DNA of 63,011 nucleotides, counting the filler, from Octopus bimaculoides (lineage: Eukaryota): assembly GCF_001194135.2 (NCBI RefSeq). It is 6 parts of 6 records of this genome, joined end to end, with 100 filler letters (N's around TTAATTAATTAA, not from the genome) between each part and the next. Parts side by side here need not be neighbours in the genome. Positions count along the whole stretch, not along the records: positions 37,188 to 40,752 come from NC_068997.1; positions 40,853 to 60,922 come from NC_068987.1; 4 more parts are not named here. One strand, 5' to 3'. The first letter of the stretch is position 1. Every line of letters begins with the position of its first letter. The notes below the pieces were generated by a model, which did not search any database, was not told the DNA's origin, and was given only the letters and a program-made list of their open reading frames with translations. Shown here piece by piece: positions 37,767 through 51,652 of this stretch. The translations under genes were made by a program, and so were the position numbers.

Positions 37767-38869
37767 ATTTTCAAATCTACATTCGCAAAATTTGACAAAA
37801 AAAAAAAAGTCACTGGTTTAAAAAGCAGAATACTCTGTTGTTGATTTGAACATCAAGGGTTCAACTGTCTACGATGTAACATGGCCGACAGGTTTAATGT
37901 TGCGTATCTCTGACAACATCCGACCTAGCGAGCCTCTGATCGTACATCGGATAAACAAAGTTATGACTCTCTTTCTACGTCTCTTCTCCACAAATTCTTT
38001 TAGACCAATGGTTCTCAACCATTGTTTGCGTTTGGGCCCTTTCGATTTCTATCTTACTCTACTGGACTTCCATAGCCATTCACTAGATATTTTAAAAAAA
38101 TCTTACTGTATATATTTAGATAACTAGGAATTGTATGTATATATATATACATTTTGTCTGAATGTACAATGTTCTTAAATGGTCAGTGACGGTCTCGCTC
38201 GGTCACGCGTGGACAGCGATCACACACGCACGCGCGCGCATACAGGTGAGAATCCATGTACGTGTTCGCACACGTTTTTGTGAGTTTATCATAGTCTTAA
38301 ATTTAGAAAATTGCAAAATGATCTTTACACGTATATAACAATCAATAAGGGAAATAAGAGATGTAAGTATACATTAGTCATCTCCCTTGCATCAACCGAC
38401 TTTCGTCAATATTTTTGTTTTATCGTAGAAAGGACCTGATCAATGGTAGATAAAGTTCCATGATAGATGCAAGTCCATCTAATGAAAAATGAATCATTAT
38501 CATGAAATATTGTCACAAAGGCAAAGTAATCATTAAATGTTAACGACTAATTATGCTATAACACTATTAATGAAGTTATAAAAACAGTGATACCTCACAG
38601 TAGGAATTCAATGCGTTCCATAACCGAGCTCGTCTTACGATTTATTTGTTTTACAAATCAATTTTCCTCATTGAGATTAACTAAAATATAATTAATCCGT
38701 TCCAGCCCCTAAAAGACCACTCAAAAATGATATTTTATGGGTTTTAAAACAGAAAAAATGTAGTAACAAGTAAAATGACAATTATAAAAAAGAGAATGCA
38801 AAAGAAATATGTAAACTCGTTTTATTAATTGAATTACCTTAAAGATGGTACGATTTGTGCTTGTATGAA

Positions 38870-38986
38870 ACTTGTTCGTACTGTGGATTTCCGCTCGTAT
38901 TTCAAGGCAAAAATTCGCACGAGTCTCGGCTCGTACAGCAAATTACTCGTACAACGAGGCACTCGTACTGCGAGGTACTACTGTAT
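38870..38986 (-). mobile_element. Tc1/mariner (Tigger-like) MITE end
   Basis: Reverse complement begins TA-CAGTAGTACCTCGCAGTACGAG, with internal ctcgtac repeats. Other end not found. Confidence 0.5.
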
Positions 38987-38989
38987 GGT

Positions 38990-39272
38990 CCTTTTTGTTA
39001 TGGTGGGGAGAGACCCGTTGTTTAGTGTTGCTTTTATCATCGTAAGATTGTGTTTCGAGTCGTTGGACCAGGCGATGCGTTGTGTTCTTGAGCAACACAC
39101 TTCATTTTTATGTTACCCCAGTCCACTCAGGCGACAGAAATTTGTAATCCTGCAAAAGACTGTCGACTCGTCCAGGGAGAGGATATATCCACCGCAGAAT
39201 CCAGGAAATCGGCCTCGTGAGCCCAAGGCTCGAGGGAAACCTTTAATCCTTGATCCTTCTTTTTTATAATTT
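38990..39272 (+). mobile_element. CORE-type SINE of another family
   Basis: B-box-like gtttcgagtc, CORE-like gttgtgttcttgagcaacacacttca, and gactcgtccaggg in the 3' part. Confidence 0.55.
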
Positions 39273-39506
39273 TACTTATATCTACGATGCATTAAGGGAA
39301 TATTAAGCCGACTCCTGTACTTGACTGGCATTATATGAAAGGCGAAGTTGACTGCAGCAGAATTGAAATTCAGAACCTAAAGATCTGTAAAAAATATCAC
39401 AGGTAATTTGTTCGACGCGCCAAAGATTTTTCTAATCAAGCAAGAACATACAATGCTGCACACACCACAGCAACACGGAGGTGCGGCCGGTGATGCAGTA
39501 GAAGCA

Positions 39507-39573
39507 CTAGCGTAGCTAGAGGAGCCGGACTGAGGCGGTCTGCCCCGGGCGGCACACACTCTAGCTACGCTAG
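39507..39573. mobile_element. 67-bp hAT-like mini-MITE
   Basis: Perfect 15-bp inverted repeats CTAGCGTAGCTAGAG / CTCTAGCTACGCTAG around a 37-bp GC-rich core. Confidence 0.6.
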
Positions 39574-40405
39574 GGAATAGAAATCTGCCTGAAACTATCA
39601 ACTGTTGAATAATGATGATGATGATGATGATAAATGCCCTGATGCAATTATCCAGGCAGTGGCTCTCATGGTTTCTTATCTTAACTGATTGGAAGTGTCA
39701 TCATGTACATTGTTTTGTCTTGATATAAAAGATGAGCTACAGCCAATATTCTGCTTAATATCACAGATTTGCTTGTCAGTTGTTTGACCTTAACCAGTTG
39801 AGCATGTCCCTTAGTGGTTGATGATATGTGCAGCTCTGATCACGAGCAGAAGCAATGGGGGGGGGGCATCATAGCCATGTGTTGAGAGGAATTCTTCGGG
39901 GTTTGAATAATTCACCTCTGGAAACATGGGTGTTTCATTCAACAACCTTAAACAACCTCTATTCAAGGACCATTTGAGCATACATACATATACACGGATA
40001 TACATATATATAGATAAGCATGTACATATATATGTGTATGTACTTCGAAACAAATGTATAACACATTAGTAGCCTGTATAGTTATATTTTGACGCACGCA
40101 CGTATGTATAATTTGAAAAGAGAAGAATGAAACTCAAATCCTTTACATTTTACGATTAATGTATTTATTGTCGGGTATTGCCGAACATCATCGAATGTTT
40201 GAGGACGTTTCGCTTTTAATCGGCGCAAATTGTCTTGTGTGTTTGTTTGCAATTTTATGTGCCAAATTCGAAAAACTGATTGGTTCTACAGCAGATACAT
40301 ACACTGCACCGATCGATGCACATATATGAAGGCAGTGATGGTGAGTTCTTTAAGTTCATGAAGGAAAGAGAAGAGATAGATAGATACATAGATAGACAGA
40401 CAGAC

Positions 40406-40472
<67 letters not shown>

Positions 40473-41339
40473 CGGACGGACGGACGGACAGACAGACAGA
40501 TAGATTTAAAAGCAGACAAATTTAGTGATAAGTTTGGGAACATTTGGTGTGTGAAGATGGAACAGTAAGACAAAATGTGCTAGGCACGTTAATGTCGAGT
40601 GGTGTAGAACATTAGGCATAACTACAGGGTTTTACCCCCCAGACTTTGGGAGGTCATAACTTTCAGAATATTTTTTAATGAAATTTTCTATGCATATAGT
40701 ATTTACTATGTAGAATCCGAATATAGAAAAATTTCCGGTGAAAGTGTTTTGGNNNNNNNNNNNNNNNNNNNNNNNNNNNNNNNNNNNNNNNNNNNNTTAA
40801 TTAATTAANNNNNNNNNNNNNNNNNNNNNNNNNNNNNNNNNNNNNNNNNNNNTGTTTAAAAGAGTTCCAACACTGTCTGTTTTTTATGTTTTATTTATAT
40901 TCCTGCAAAACCAATGTGGGATATAGAATATGGAATATACAATATATAATATAACATAAAATATATAATATAAAATAAAAATGGATGGTACAATGAAATA
41001 AAGTATTGAATGTCTTATTGAATATATGGAATATGTCTTATTGAATAGATGAAATATTGAGTGTTCAATATAAAGGATTAAATATATAAAGGCGAATACG
41101 TATTTTCTATACCTTGTGGTATTTCATCATGGCCGGTATGACAGACTTTAACAGATTTTCCGATGTTTTAACACCGGGACTTTTAGAGAGAAATCTCCAC
41201 CATGCCAAATATGCTAAATCGCAGCCTATCGTCAAATACACAAAGCACATAAGTTAAGTATGTGTAGTTGATTATACATGTGTGTGTGTATGTGTGGATT
41301 TGTCTGTATGTATGTATATATATAAAGCAAATAAGTAAC

Positions 41340-42260
41340 GCGAGGAAAGTCTCCAATTATTGATGGTCGACCCTGTCAAAAGTTTTTGATTGATCCAAAT
41401 TGATCAGGGCTCCACCAATCCAAGGTTCCTTACCAACCGTTTCTGTGATGTAACAGGTGAGGTGGTTATCGTGGATAGATCTGTTTGGGATAGCGCATGT
41501 CTGCGTTTTACAGCCATCTTATCGACAAACGCCAACCTCTTTGCTAACACCTTGGCCAAAATCTTATAATCTGCGATTGGCAGAATTACGGGCCTAAAAT
41601 AATCTCGTCCCCTTTGGTCCCCCTTGGTCGATTCCTTTCTTAGCAGCACTACCACGTCACGGCTCACAGGACTGGGATTCCTCCGTTCTGTTACCAGTTG
41701 CAGTAGACATCCACCAAGAGATCACCGAACAAGTTTGGCATATGGAGATAAAACTCGAAAGGCAGACAATCGAATCCTGGAAACTTCTCTCTTGTGCAGT
41801 TAGTCATCGTGTCGTATATATCTTCAGTTGTTATCGGCATTTTGCAGAACTCTGCATCTCTGGTCAAAAGGCATGGCATACCGCGCGCTCCACACAGTTC
41901 AGCAAAGTGCTGCTCTTAGACTCGAACCCGTCCTGGTCCGTCAAAGACCGAGCGAATTGTGGCTTTGTTTCCACGTTGCACCTCTTCCACCTGGACCATC
42001 CAACAACTTTCAATCCCTCGTGACTGAATGCACTTGCCCTAGCTCTGACAACACAACCTTCGTATCTGGCACTGAAGAATTGATTAAGAGGCAATCTCAC
42101 CGCCAGCACGTCAATCGCTATGCCTCTATTAAGTGCTTTTCTAGTTTCCTATTCCTCTAACGTTAATTCTTTACGAAACTATGACACCTCTACTCTAATA
42201 TCCTTTTTCAGTGCTATCAGCCATCAAGTGTACCAAAGCTGCTGAAAGAAAATGCGATTT
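41340..42260 (-). mobile_element. Tx1/L1-clade LINE ORF2 remnant (RT)
   Basis: KFPGFDCLPFEFYLHMPNLFGDLL, FRPVILPIADYKILAKVLAKRL and NLDQSKTFDRVDHQ; frameshifted. Confidence 0.88.
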
Positions 42261-42449
42261 AGGTAAAAGTTAAATCATTCGATTAGATACTGGCACCGAA
42301 ATGAGGGAACTGGACGAGTAAAAATCTTACAAATTCTTTAGAATAGTTGAAACTGATAAAATACAAGAGATGTAGGAGAAAATTAGAAAAGAGTATCACA
42401 GAATAGTTAGACTTATATTAAAGACCGAGCTCAATACTAGACATAAAAT

Positions 42450-42492
<43 letters not shown>

Positions 42493-42779
42493 ACAATCTA
42501 TCTCGATTATAAACTACTGCTGCAACATGGTTAGATGAAAGTGTAATAAATTGAATAGCCAAGACAGAAAAGCCTGGAAATACTAGTGGCGTTCCGAGCT
42601 CATTATCCCAAGACCGACATAAATAAAATACACCTATCCATAACAGAAAGCAAACAGTATCTGATACAAACAGAAAACTACTACGAAGTTTAAATAGTAG
42701 GATTAGAAAATTACTTGGAAGCAAGCAAGTGAAAAAATAAATTAGTGCACTAAGGAAATATGAAGTAAATTAAATGTTT

Positions 42780-43720
42780 TTACAAAAAAAGCCATATCCC
42801 CGTTGTTCTTCAGATAATTCAGATTTTCTTTCTCCAGTCGGACAACCATATAAACTAAACTTTACAATCAGATTTACACGTCTTCGTGAAGGGTATCCAG
42901 CTTCTTGTTTGCCTTTTGCTGTTCCATGTTTCATGATCAGTTCCTTATTAGTTTCCTATCCTTCTCCGGTTTCTATTTTTACGTCATTGTTGCAAGACGA
43001 CAGTGTAGCGTTGCTTCTTGTTGCTTGAAGCAGGTCTTGTGCTGATGAATGAGACGCTTTGGCTTCTCAGTTACCGCCAGTCTTTAGTGCTGGTGGCAGA
43101 GAAGATAGGTATTTTTATTTGTTTCCATTATGAACAATAGCAAAGCTGCAACCGTAAAACAACGGTAGCAGCAACTTCACCTCTTCCTTTGTTGGTTGTT
43201 ACCCTTCTTTTACCTTCTCTTCTGGTCTGAAGTCCTTCAAGTAACCTTTACTTCTGCAGCTGTAGAAGCAAGGTTTTCTGCTTTACACCAACAGTATGAT
43301 TGGCTGCTTCTCCACTCCGTTTATAGATTGGAAAAATGGGATAGTCTCGTGATATTCATGTCTTATTAGGACTCGATGATAATACAGCCGCAATCCAATA
43401 ATATGCTCTTGCATGTTATCTCTGCTCTCCATCACTTCCGATAACTTCCACACACTAGCAGCATTTTTGATGTCACAATTAAGACGCTTACTGATTTTTA
43501 GAACGTATTTATGTCACCTCCTTCCACGCCCTTACCTGCATAAAATTTTCGAGTAAGAAGCTACTGTCATTTGTGACACAACTTGTCCACTCTTCGTTGA
43601 TTTTGCTGAGTTTAGCATTTACAAATTTTATAATGGCGGTGTTCTTGGTGTTGTCATTAATCTTCTTACTCTTTTCTACATTCAGATTGATGCTTTCCAC
43701 ACAGTTTTTACTCACACTTA
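42780..43720 (-). mobile_element. Probable ORF1 remnant of the same Tx1-like element
   Basis: Decayed zinc knuckle RKPCFYSCRSKGYLKD and NTAIIKFVN segment loosely like ORF1 at 55115. Lies upstream of, and colinear with, the RT remnant. Confidence 0.45.
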
Positions 43721-43922
43721 CAAGTGTGAGTGTGAATGTTTAAGCTTGAATCTCTATATGTTTGATATTTTCATCGAATACTTTTTTTTTGTTTTTCATT
43801 TCTGTGATCTGTGCTATTTACTGTCTATTTTAGATGGTAATGACGAGCCCGGTGTCAGCGATTGCAATTATGAGGCATTTCAAGCAGCTGATGTCAGGTA
43901 AGCAAACATCTATATGTGGGTA

Positions 43923-43925
<3 letters not shown>

Positions 43926-44016
<91 letters not shown>

Positions 44017-44128
44017 TGTGTGTCTGTGTCTGTGTCTGTGTCTGTGTGTCTGTGTCTGTGTGTCTGTGTGTGTCTTTCTGTGTGTCTGTGTGTGGTGTGT
44101 GTGTGTGGTGTGTGTGTGGTGTGTGTGT
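43926..44128. repeat. Long (TG)n/(TGTC)n microsatellite, one of dozens of simple repeats in the window
   Basis: Read directly from the sequence. Such tracts generate most of the low-complexity ORFs in the track. Confidence 0.97.
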
Positions 44129-44394
44129 TCGTACACACATGAATGTATATATGTATATGTATATGCGTATTTGTGCGTGTGTTGTGTGTGTGATTATAAT
44201 CTTGATCTTTGCAATTATGACAGGGATGTCACGAAATATGTAATTATAATTATTCGAACTAATAACTTCATATTTCGTAAACGCAGGATAAAATATGAAA
44301 TACCTAAGGGAACATGGAAAATGAGTAACGCTAATGATATTTAACCATTTGCCTAAGGAAATTATTTTGTCCTAAATGTCCATGCTTGTTTTCA

Positions 44395-44800
44395 GACTTT
44401 ACTGAGCCCTAGTTTCGTCGCCTTTTCTTTCTTTATGTGTCCTGTCCAGAATGTAGGACAATGGCGTTCCAGTTCTGCCACAATACTCTGTTCCCTGTTT
44501 TCTGTAATAGTTCCACTCCCTGATGTTTAATGTTTCTTTCTTCCAACCAGTTCGCCAAGCTTGACATCCACATCATTCTTCCCCTTCCCCTGCTCCTTTT
44601 CCTTTCAATCTTTCCGGTTATCGCTACATTTTCCAGGCCCTGTTACATCATCCGATGACCAAGAAACCTTAGTTGCTTGGCCCTCATCTCACGAAGCAGT
44701 TTCCTATTTACCGCAGCCCAGGTCATCACTTCTTCATTAGACACTTTATCCAAGCTTTCCTCAATAGGTTCATACTTTCTGAATAATACAAAACTTTCCT
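44395..44800 (-). mobile_element. RTE-clade LINE 3' end
   Basis: SNEEVMTWAAVNRKLLREMRAKQLRFLGH...ITGKIERKRSRGRGRMMWMSSL is a typical RTE ORF2 C-terminus. Confidence 0.85.
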
Positions 44801-45075
44801 TTCATAAAGTCCATTTTACTCATAGACACCAGGAAAACATATCTACATATCTTGTGTATCATATGTGATGCACATGGCAAGCAATGGATGTTCACATGTC
44901 TCACAGTGAATAAAAATAAATGACATTGATGTAAATGAGTAGAGTCAAAATTATCTATGGGAAATTTTAAAAGCTCCCTTGTTGATGAGTTGTGGATAAA
45001 AATACAAGACTTTTCTAGAAATGAATAGCGGCAAAAATATCTACAGAAACTTACGAAATCAGCATCGATAAAAAT

Positions 45076-47097
45076 GGTGTCCGGTCAATTCGTCGACGGT
45101 TATTTGTCGTCGTTTAATTTGTTCCCAGTCAATTCGTCGCTAGTCAATTCGTTGTCAGTCAATTCGTCGCTGTATTACATAATTTTTTCCTAAAATTTAA
45201 GATTGTATGCAATTGCTTTTAGAAAAATAATCTTTTGGTTTGGATCATATTTTCCGTGACGTTTTCTAAACACAGGTTCATATCTCTGTACTTTTTCTTT
45301 TGGCTTGGTTCTTCTTGTATAAACTTCTGCATTTTGGTACTGGCAAACCTTTCCTCACATTTAATCACATCAATAAGTTTCCAAATATTTGGATGGCTAA
45401 TATTCACCGTATTTTTCAGCGCATTGTAGTAGGCTTCTAAACTATTTGTAGTACGAGCAATCCCCACCATACATCTATCCCAAACATTCCATATGGGTAA
45501 TAGAAATGGAGGTTCAAGGCGTCGCCTCCTCTGTCCTCTTCCTCTAGATCAGTGATTCCCATCCTTTTCACAGTGGTTCCCAACAGCAGTTCCCAACCCT
45601 TTTATTTAAATGAGTTTTCCTTCGGACACCTTTTAATATGCTTATCCTTCTGTATATATATATATATATATATATATGAAATTTTGAATTTAGTTCACGG
45701 ACCCCCTGTACTACCTTTGCGAACCACCAGGGGTCTGCAGACTCCAGGTTAGGAAGCACTGCTCTATGTGGTCCTATATGATTATTTTCAAAATAGGATA
45801 CAACTGACTGTGGAATATCATCATCATCATCTACAAGTTGTTCATATCTATCTACAATATCATCAACCGGCAGGAAGGCAAGGGCAAAAATCACCGCATT
45901 TTTAGACTAAAACTGTCATCGTCGTGGTATCAGTATTTTAGTCCTATTTGCACATGCTTGTACACATTTTGTTCTGAATGAAACAAGCAGCATGCCAAAT
46001 TCGTCCCAGGAAACGATTCCAGAAATCTGTTATGGGCTGCTTTTTCGAAATCAATAATTATATTATCAGATCCCTCATTCTACAGTAATTAATTTATTTT
46101 GGCAAAAACTACTATATGTCTCTTGACTTTTGTCAGAGAGCAATGCGAACAAACATGGGGTTAAAATTATCAATTTGTATGTGAAATATATATAACTGAA
46201 AAACTATACTCGAGCAACGCTAAAATGTTCCTTCTGCCGCCCAGTTCTTGTGCTGTTTTAACTGTCGAAGTGCTTCGTCACTTGCAAATATTAGTATTCG
46301 TTTTGAATATTCCATCCTGCTGTCATACCGTAAAAACGTTTCATCATTGTCAAGGTAGCAGTGTTCACTGTGAATGGAAAGCCCAACATTTGTAAGTGGG
46401 GTGGCAGGATAGTTGGAAGCAGCTTGCCTCCAACGTCTAATATTCTTATTAAGATGTGCAAACGGAGGTACATGCGACAATGTACAGTCATTTAAATTCT
46501 GAACTTCACTTGCCATAATTGAGCGAGGGGCATCACGAGATGACGTTACTTTATTATTTGAAACTATTATCCTTGTATTTACTTCTGCAGCAGTTGAAGC
46601 GTGATTATGAATCCCAATCTTCTTAAGCTCTTTATAACTTTCATCTGTTTGAAGTCTCGCCTTGCACACAAGATTTTCGCACCTCCAGTATATCTTCAAT
46701 CCATCTGCATTCTAGTTATTTTTCTTGATCGACCACTTTGATTGTTTCCTTTCTCTAAAGTTATGATCTTGCTGGTAGTCATGTTGATGGGGAGACGTAT
46801 TGAATAAATTTAATTCGATTTACTTGAAAATCTTTGCTCGTAAACTGTTCGGCGCAGATACTTAAGAGAGGGGCAAGGATGTGTTAAAGAAAGGAAAAAA
46901 TATATCTAAAACTGTTCAACGACAATTTTAATTCTAAAATGATTGTTCTGAACATTCCCTCGAAAATCATATTTAAGAGCATTTTGAGACGAATTAGCCA
47001 GCGACGAATTGACCTGGGGATAAATTGATAAGCGACTAATTGACCGAGGACAAATTAACCGACGACGAAATAACTGGGGACGAATTGTCCTAGCACC
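45076..47097 (-). mobile_element. Complete Mutator-like element (FLYWCH plus MULE transposase pseudogene)
   Basis: About 100-bp TIRs built of gtcaattcgtcgc units; perfect 9-bp TSD GATAAAAAT (45067-45075, 47098-47106). Motifs YWRC..C.ARL..HNH, W..EGTF, DFEKAA, CLFH, ALAFLP and RTTNSLEAYY..HPNIWK. Confidence 0.95.
45550..45761. mobile_element. hAT-Charlie MITE inserted in the MULE transposase
   Basis: TIRs CAGTGATTCCCA / TAGGAAGCACTG; 8-bp TSD ctctagat/ctctatgt (TCTAGA target). Removing it restores IGPHRGRGQRRRRLEPPF. Confidence 0.85.
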
Positions 47098-49366
47098 GAT
47101 AAAAATAACTTGAACTATCGATACAGCACTTCTGGTGATCGTTTATTACTTATAATACAAATGTAATTTCAAGTTTAACCTGTTTTCATACTAATTCATA
47201 TTACTGACAAAAGATTCTTCAATGTTGTCTTCGTTTTAAATGTTGTTATAGCTAAGAAATCATTTCAAAAATCTCGTGTTGCCTAATCTAGAATACAGCA
47301 CACATTTAACTAGTTGTTGTCAACATCGTCGTCGACGTGCTGTTGTTGCTCTTATTGTTGTTGTGCTTAGTTAATAGTGTAACCGATTCAAAACAGGTGG
47401 GGGATAATCCATAGTACTGATGGTTTATACAACTTGTTGCATCATTAATTGATGATCAGTTAAATCATAACATTACTTTCTTTTCCGCGTTGCATAATTA
47501 TTTCAACTTAAAGTTTTCTGTATTAAATATGTTAGCACTAGCTTAGATTTGTTTTTCTTACAATATCTCTAAGATATCTACTTTCTAAATAATTCTATTT
47601 TACTGCTCAACCATTATAAAATCTAGTGTATCTACTCGATTATTCTTGTATTGTTACTTTGGCGAATTCGCTGAAGTCTGTGCATGCTGATTCACTGATG
47701 AGGTCATGATAATATCGAAAGGTGTCCTGTATTGCTGAAAAGTTAACATAATATACGTTATTTACTAATATTGTCTTTATCTCACCGTATAATTATTTTT
47801 AGTTAGCGCTTTAAATATTCCTACTTTAAACTTGCTAAAACTAATTTAACAATTTGTTCATGCAGATGGCATGTCTGAGTTATAAATGAAAATGTTTATG
47901 AATGAATGATTACAGAAAAATTACTTTAAATGAATACATGAAATAGTTTACTGAAAATTCTTACTGGAAATTGGTCAAACTATTGAATATCGCCAACACT
48001 GTAGTAAAGCAATGCTTGCCACAAATGCATGGAGCTTGACAGATACTTAACTATGAAAAAAAAAACGAAAATATATTTTATTCTCAAAAATACATGCACA
48101 CACAAAAAACAAAAGCAAACTAACTTTACTCCTTCAACTGAACACCATATCTCATCCATACTTTGCAAACAAGCTGTTGTCAACAGCGTTGCTGCAAAGA
48201 ACAGCCAACGACACTCGCTGCGTTAGCCACTCTACAGCAATAGATCATTTTCCTTCGGACGTGATGCCTTCATTTCAATTTGATGGAGAAAAGCAGTAGT
48301 CCAGTGACCAAGGACACAAGAGCCACAACAGTAAACGGAGCGAAAAATAATCTTCTGTTTTAACGGCTGACATTTAGTCCACTTTCTCTCCTTTGCGCTA
48401 TGCACGCGGAATTTCCTGGGTTTCTGACCGAAGCGAGAAAATTAACTGTGAAAAATGCTCCTCAGCTCGAGGTGTTCCTCACGAACATCTTATCCTATCA
48501 AATACATTCTAAAGAGTCAAAATTTTTCTTTTCTTCCCCTGTTCAGACACTAATTGTCGTTGTAGTCAAAAACCAACAGGATCCCATTTTTTTAGGAGAA
48601 GCCGACAATGCCGGGGTCCCTTTTAGTACCAACATCTGTAAAAATATAACAATGTGAATAAAGCCCGAACAACCGGTTCTCGGTCTCAGTTACTGCACTT
48701 CACGTAGATTTTTACTAACAAATGATATCAGAAAGGCATTAACATCACAACGATGTTCCTCTCGAGTCATTAAAGTTAGTCATTTGTTTATAAATACCTC
48801 TAATCAGAAAATGTCAAGCAATTTCTATATAAAGAAACGATAAGATAGGGACGAGTAAAACGTTGAACTAAATGCATTATAGAGATTAGCATACCCTCTC
48901 TCCCATATTGTCTATATTCAAATTCTACTGGGATTAACTTTGCATTTTATCTCATTAGGGTCGATAAAAAAAAAACACGTCAATAATATACTGGAGACAA
49001 ATTAATGGATGGTAGCCATTCTCTTGTAAACATTGGCTGTATGCCGAGTATAAAAAATGTTAAATTAGTTATCGTATTCAGGAATAACTAGATTTTTATC
49101 ATTTATTATTATGCATGAGTCAGCTAGATATGAACAGGCAGTCTATAAACATGAGTGGGTGAAAGAGTGAGTATTCGTGCGTGGGTGATATGATTAAAAC
49201 AAAAAAGAGGGAAAACAATAAAGCAAACCTGTTTACGATTTTTGAATTGACATCAGCATAAGAAAATATCGTTATAATGTTTTGTAGCTTTAGTTTGTAG
49301 GTTTGAGTGTCTTTGTGAATGTGAGTATATGTAGGGGGAAAGGCTGTTTGTGAGTGTGTGTATGCA

Positions 49367-49397
<31 letters not shown>

Positions 49398-49764
49398 NNN
49401 NNNNNNNNNNNNNNNNNNNNNNNNNNNNNNNNNNNNNNNNNNNNNNNNNNNNNNNNNNNNNNNNNNNNNNNNNNNNNNNNNNNNNNNNNNNNNNNNNNNN
49501 NNNNNNNNNNNNNNNNNNNNNNNNNNNNNNNNNNNNNNNNNNNNNNNNNNNNNNNNNNNNNNNNNNNNNNNNNNNNNNNNNNNNNNNNNNNNNNNNNNNN
49601 NNNNNNNNNNNNNNNNNNNNNNNNNNNNNNNNNNNNNNNNNNNNNNNNNNNNNNNNNNNNNTACTTGCTTCTTTAAATCCTCAATTTCGATAAAATCGGA
49701 GTGACATACTTCACTTCAGCTTTCTCGATCGAAGCATTTTATATCATTATTATCATTATTAATA

Positions 49765-49985
49765 AGATGAGCTGGCAGAATCGTTAGCACATCGGGCAAA
49801 ATGCGTAGCGGTATTTCATTTGTCTTTACATTCTGAGCTCAAATTCCGCTGAGATTAAGTTTGTCTTTCATCCTTTCGGAGTCGATAAATTAAGTATCAG
49901 TGAAACACTGGGGTCGATATAATCGACTAGTCTCCTCCCTCAAAATTTCAGGCCTTGTGCCTTTAGTAGAAGGGATTATTATTAC
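49765..49985 (+). mobile_element. SINE family B
   Basis: gagctggcagaatcgttagc head, central domain and (ATT)n tail. Confidence 0.85.
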
Positions 49986-50529
49986 CATCATCCTCTTCCT
50001 TATTATTATCCGGTGGTCATGTTTTTATTGCGCTCTTTTATCACACTACCGACCGTGTCTTGAGTATGTGCTGTGGTTTGTTTTGGTTTCGTTATTTTCA
50101 CTGTATTGAAAGTGCCCTGCATAAGATGTGTGCATTGCCTCGCTGTGTTATTTTCTGTATGGTATATACATTGGTAAGACTTGGGGGTTTCGGTAGTTGT
50201 CGGCATGTTTTCGTTTTTCTCATTCCCAAAGCACCTATTATTATGGGGATTGTTTCTGTTTTCAGGCCCCACCGTTCGGGTTATTTCAATCTCTTTGTAT
50301 TTCGATAGTTATTTTTGCTGTGTTTTTTACTATTTTTTTAGGGGCTTTTTTCCCTCTGTGTGTCTCTCTCTCTTGATAACAATGGCTGGTCGATTAGCGT
50401 TGATCTCTCTATCAGTGAGTATTAGCATATCACAGAGTATAATTACTTTGTCATTTATTTTCTAAGACCTTTTCTAGTATATACATAACTATGCCATTTC
50501 TCTTCTGTTAGCATTCCATGGTATTAAGC

Positions 50530-51100
50530 ACGGGGATATATATTTTCTTGACCAAAACTGGGAAACCAGAGTCAATATGATTTATTGCTTCTTCCTCATC
50601 ACATATTCTGAAGTTACAATATTCAGCATCGTTATGAGCTTTTTAGTGGCTTCTAGTAAGGAAGCTATGATCCTGTACTGCAATTAAGAGAATTTCAATG
50701 TCTTCTCATCTAGTGTTGAAGATTTTCCATTGACCTTTCATCCTATTCGGCTTATTCCAGTATTTGCCATGTAAGGGGTTTTCTTCCTATCATTTTATCA
50801 TGGTGTTCTGTAGTTCCAGTTTTCGCTTTAGATTTTAGTTGCTTTATAGTTCTTCTATTTTCTTCCTTTCCTTCACACCTACCAATTATTCTGGCCTTTT
50901 CATTGTGTTTTTCGGCTTCCTTGAAGACAAAATCAGGTGTTCTCTTTTGCTCATGTTTGTAGTTAATGCTCTCAATTTTCCTTAATTCTGAATGAAATAC
51001 TTTTGTAGTTTTATGATGGGTAATTATAGTAGTTTTCTAGTTATATAAGGCTTCTATCATCTTCATTTTGTGGCATATGTAATATTTTTATGCCAGATTT
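50530..51100 (-). mobile_element. RLE-type (R2-group, HERO/R4-like) LINE remnant
   Basis: PLHGKYW, LIAVQDHSFLTR and decayed zinc knuckle RICDEEEAINHIDSGFPVL. Confidence 0.7.
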
Positions 51101-51116
51101 TGGATGGAGTATTCTA

Positions 51117-51167
<51 letters not shown>

Positions 51168-51169
<2 letters not shown>

Positions 51170-51523
51170 GACTAAAACAATACCTATTGCCATAGGTGCC
51201 CTGGGAATGACAGCGAAACGGGCTGATTACTACCTAGCTCAGATACCAGGAAACCCCAAAGTGGCTGAAGTTCAAAAGATAGTGCTCATGGGAACTGCCC
51301 ATATCCTACGTAAAATACTGTCTATGTGATCTCAAATTTTAAAACAAACACATAATTTTCTTATGGTTTCTTAGACATTCTCTAGAACAACACTATGTAC
51401 AAATCCAAATATATGGTGCCCTAGGCATAACACCTACATGAACTTCTAGCTTGTTGTCTCTTGAGGTCTCTGGGTGAGACTTGGATCCAACTTGTACAAA
51501 TGCAAAGCAAAAGTCAAACATAA

Positions 51524-51525
<2 letters not shown>
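51168..51525 (+). mobile_element. RLE-type LINE 3' end
   Basis: KTKTIPIAIGALG...QIPGNP...EVQKIVLMGTAHILRKILSM*, then a 3' UTR ending in (AAT)n. Confidence 0.88.
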
Positions 51526-51589
<64 letters not shown>

Positions 51590-51652
51590 TATAATTATCA
51601 TCATCATCATCATCATCATCATCACCATCATCATTATTATTATCATTATTAT

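Noticed and set aside
48150-48660. CpG-richer non-repeat block with an 85-aa ORF, possible promoter or first exon
   Set aside because: No homology, no consistent ORF with splice sites, no diagnostic promoter elements.
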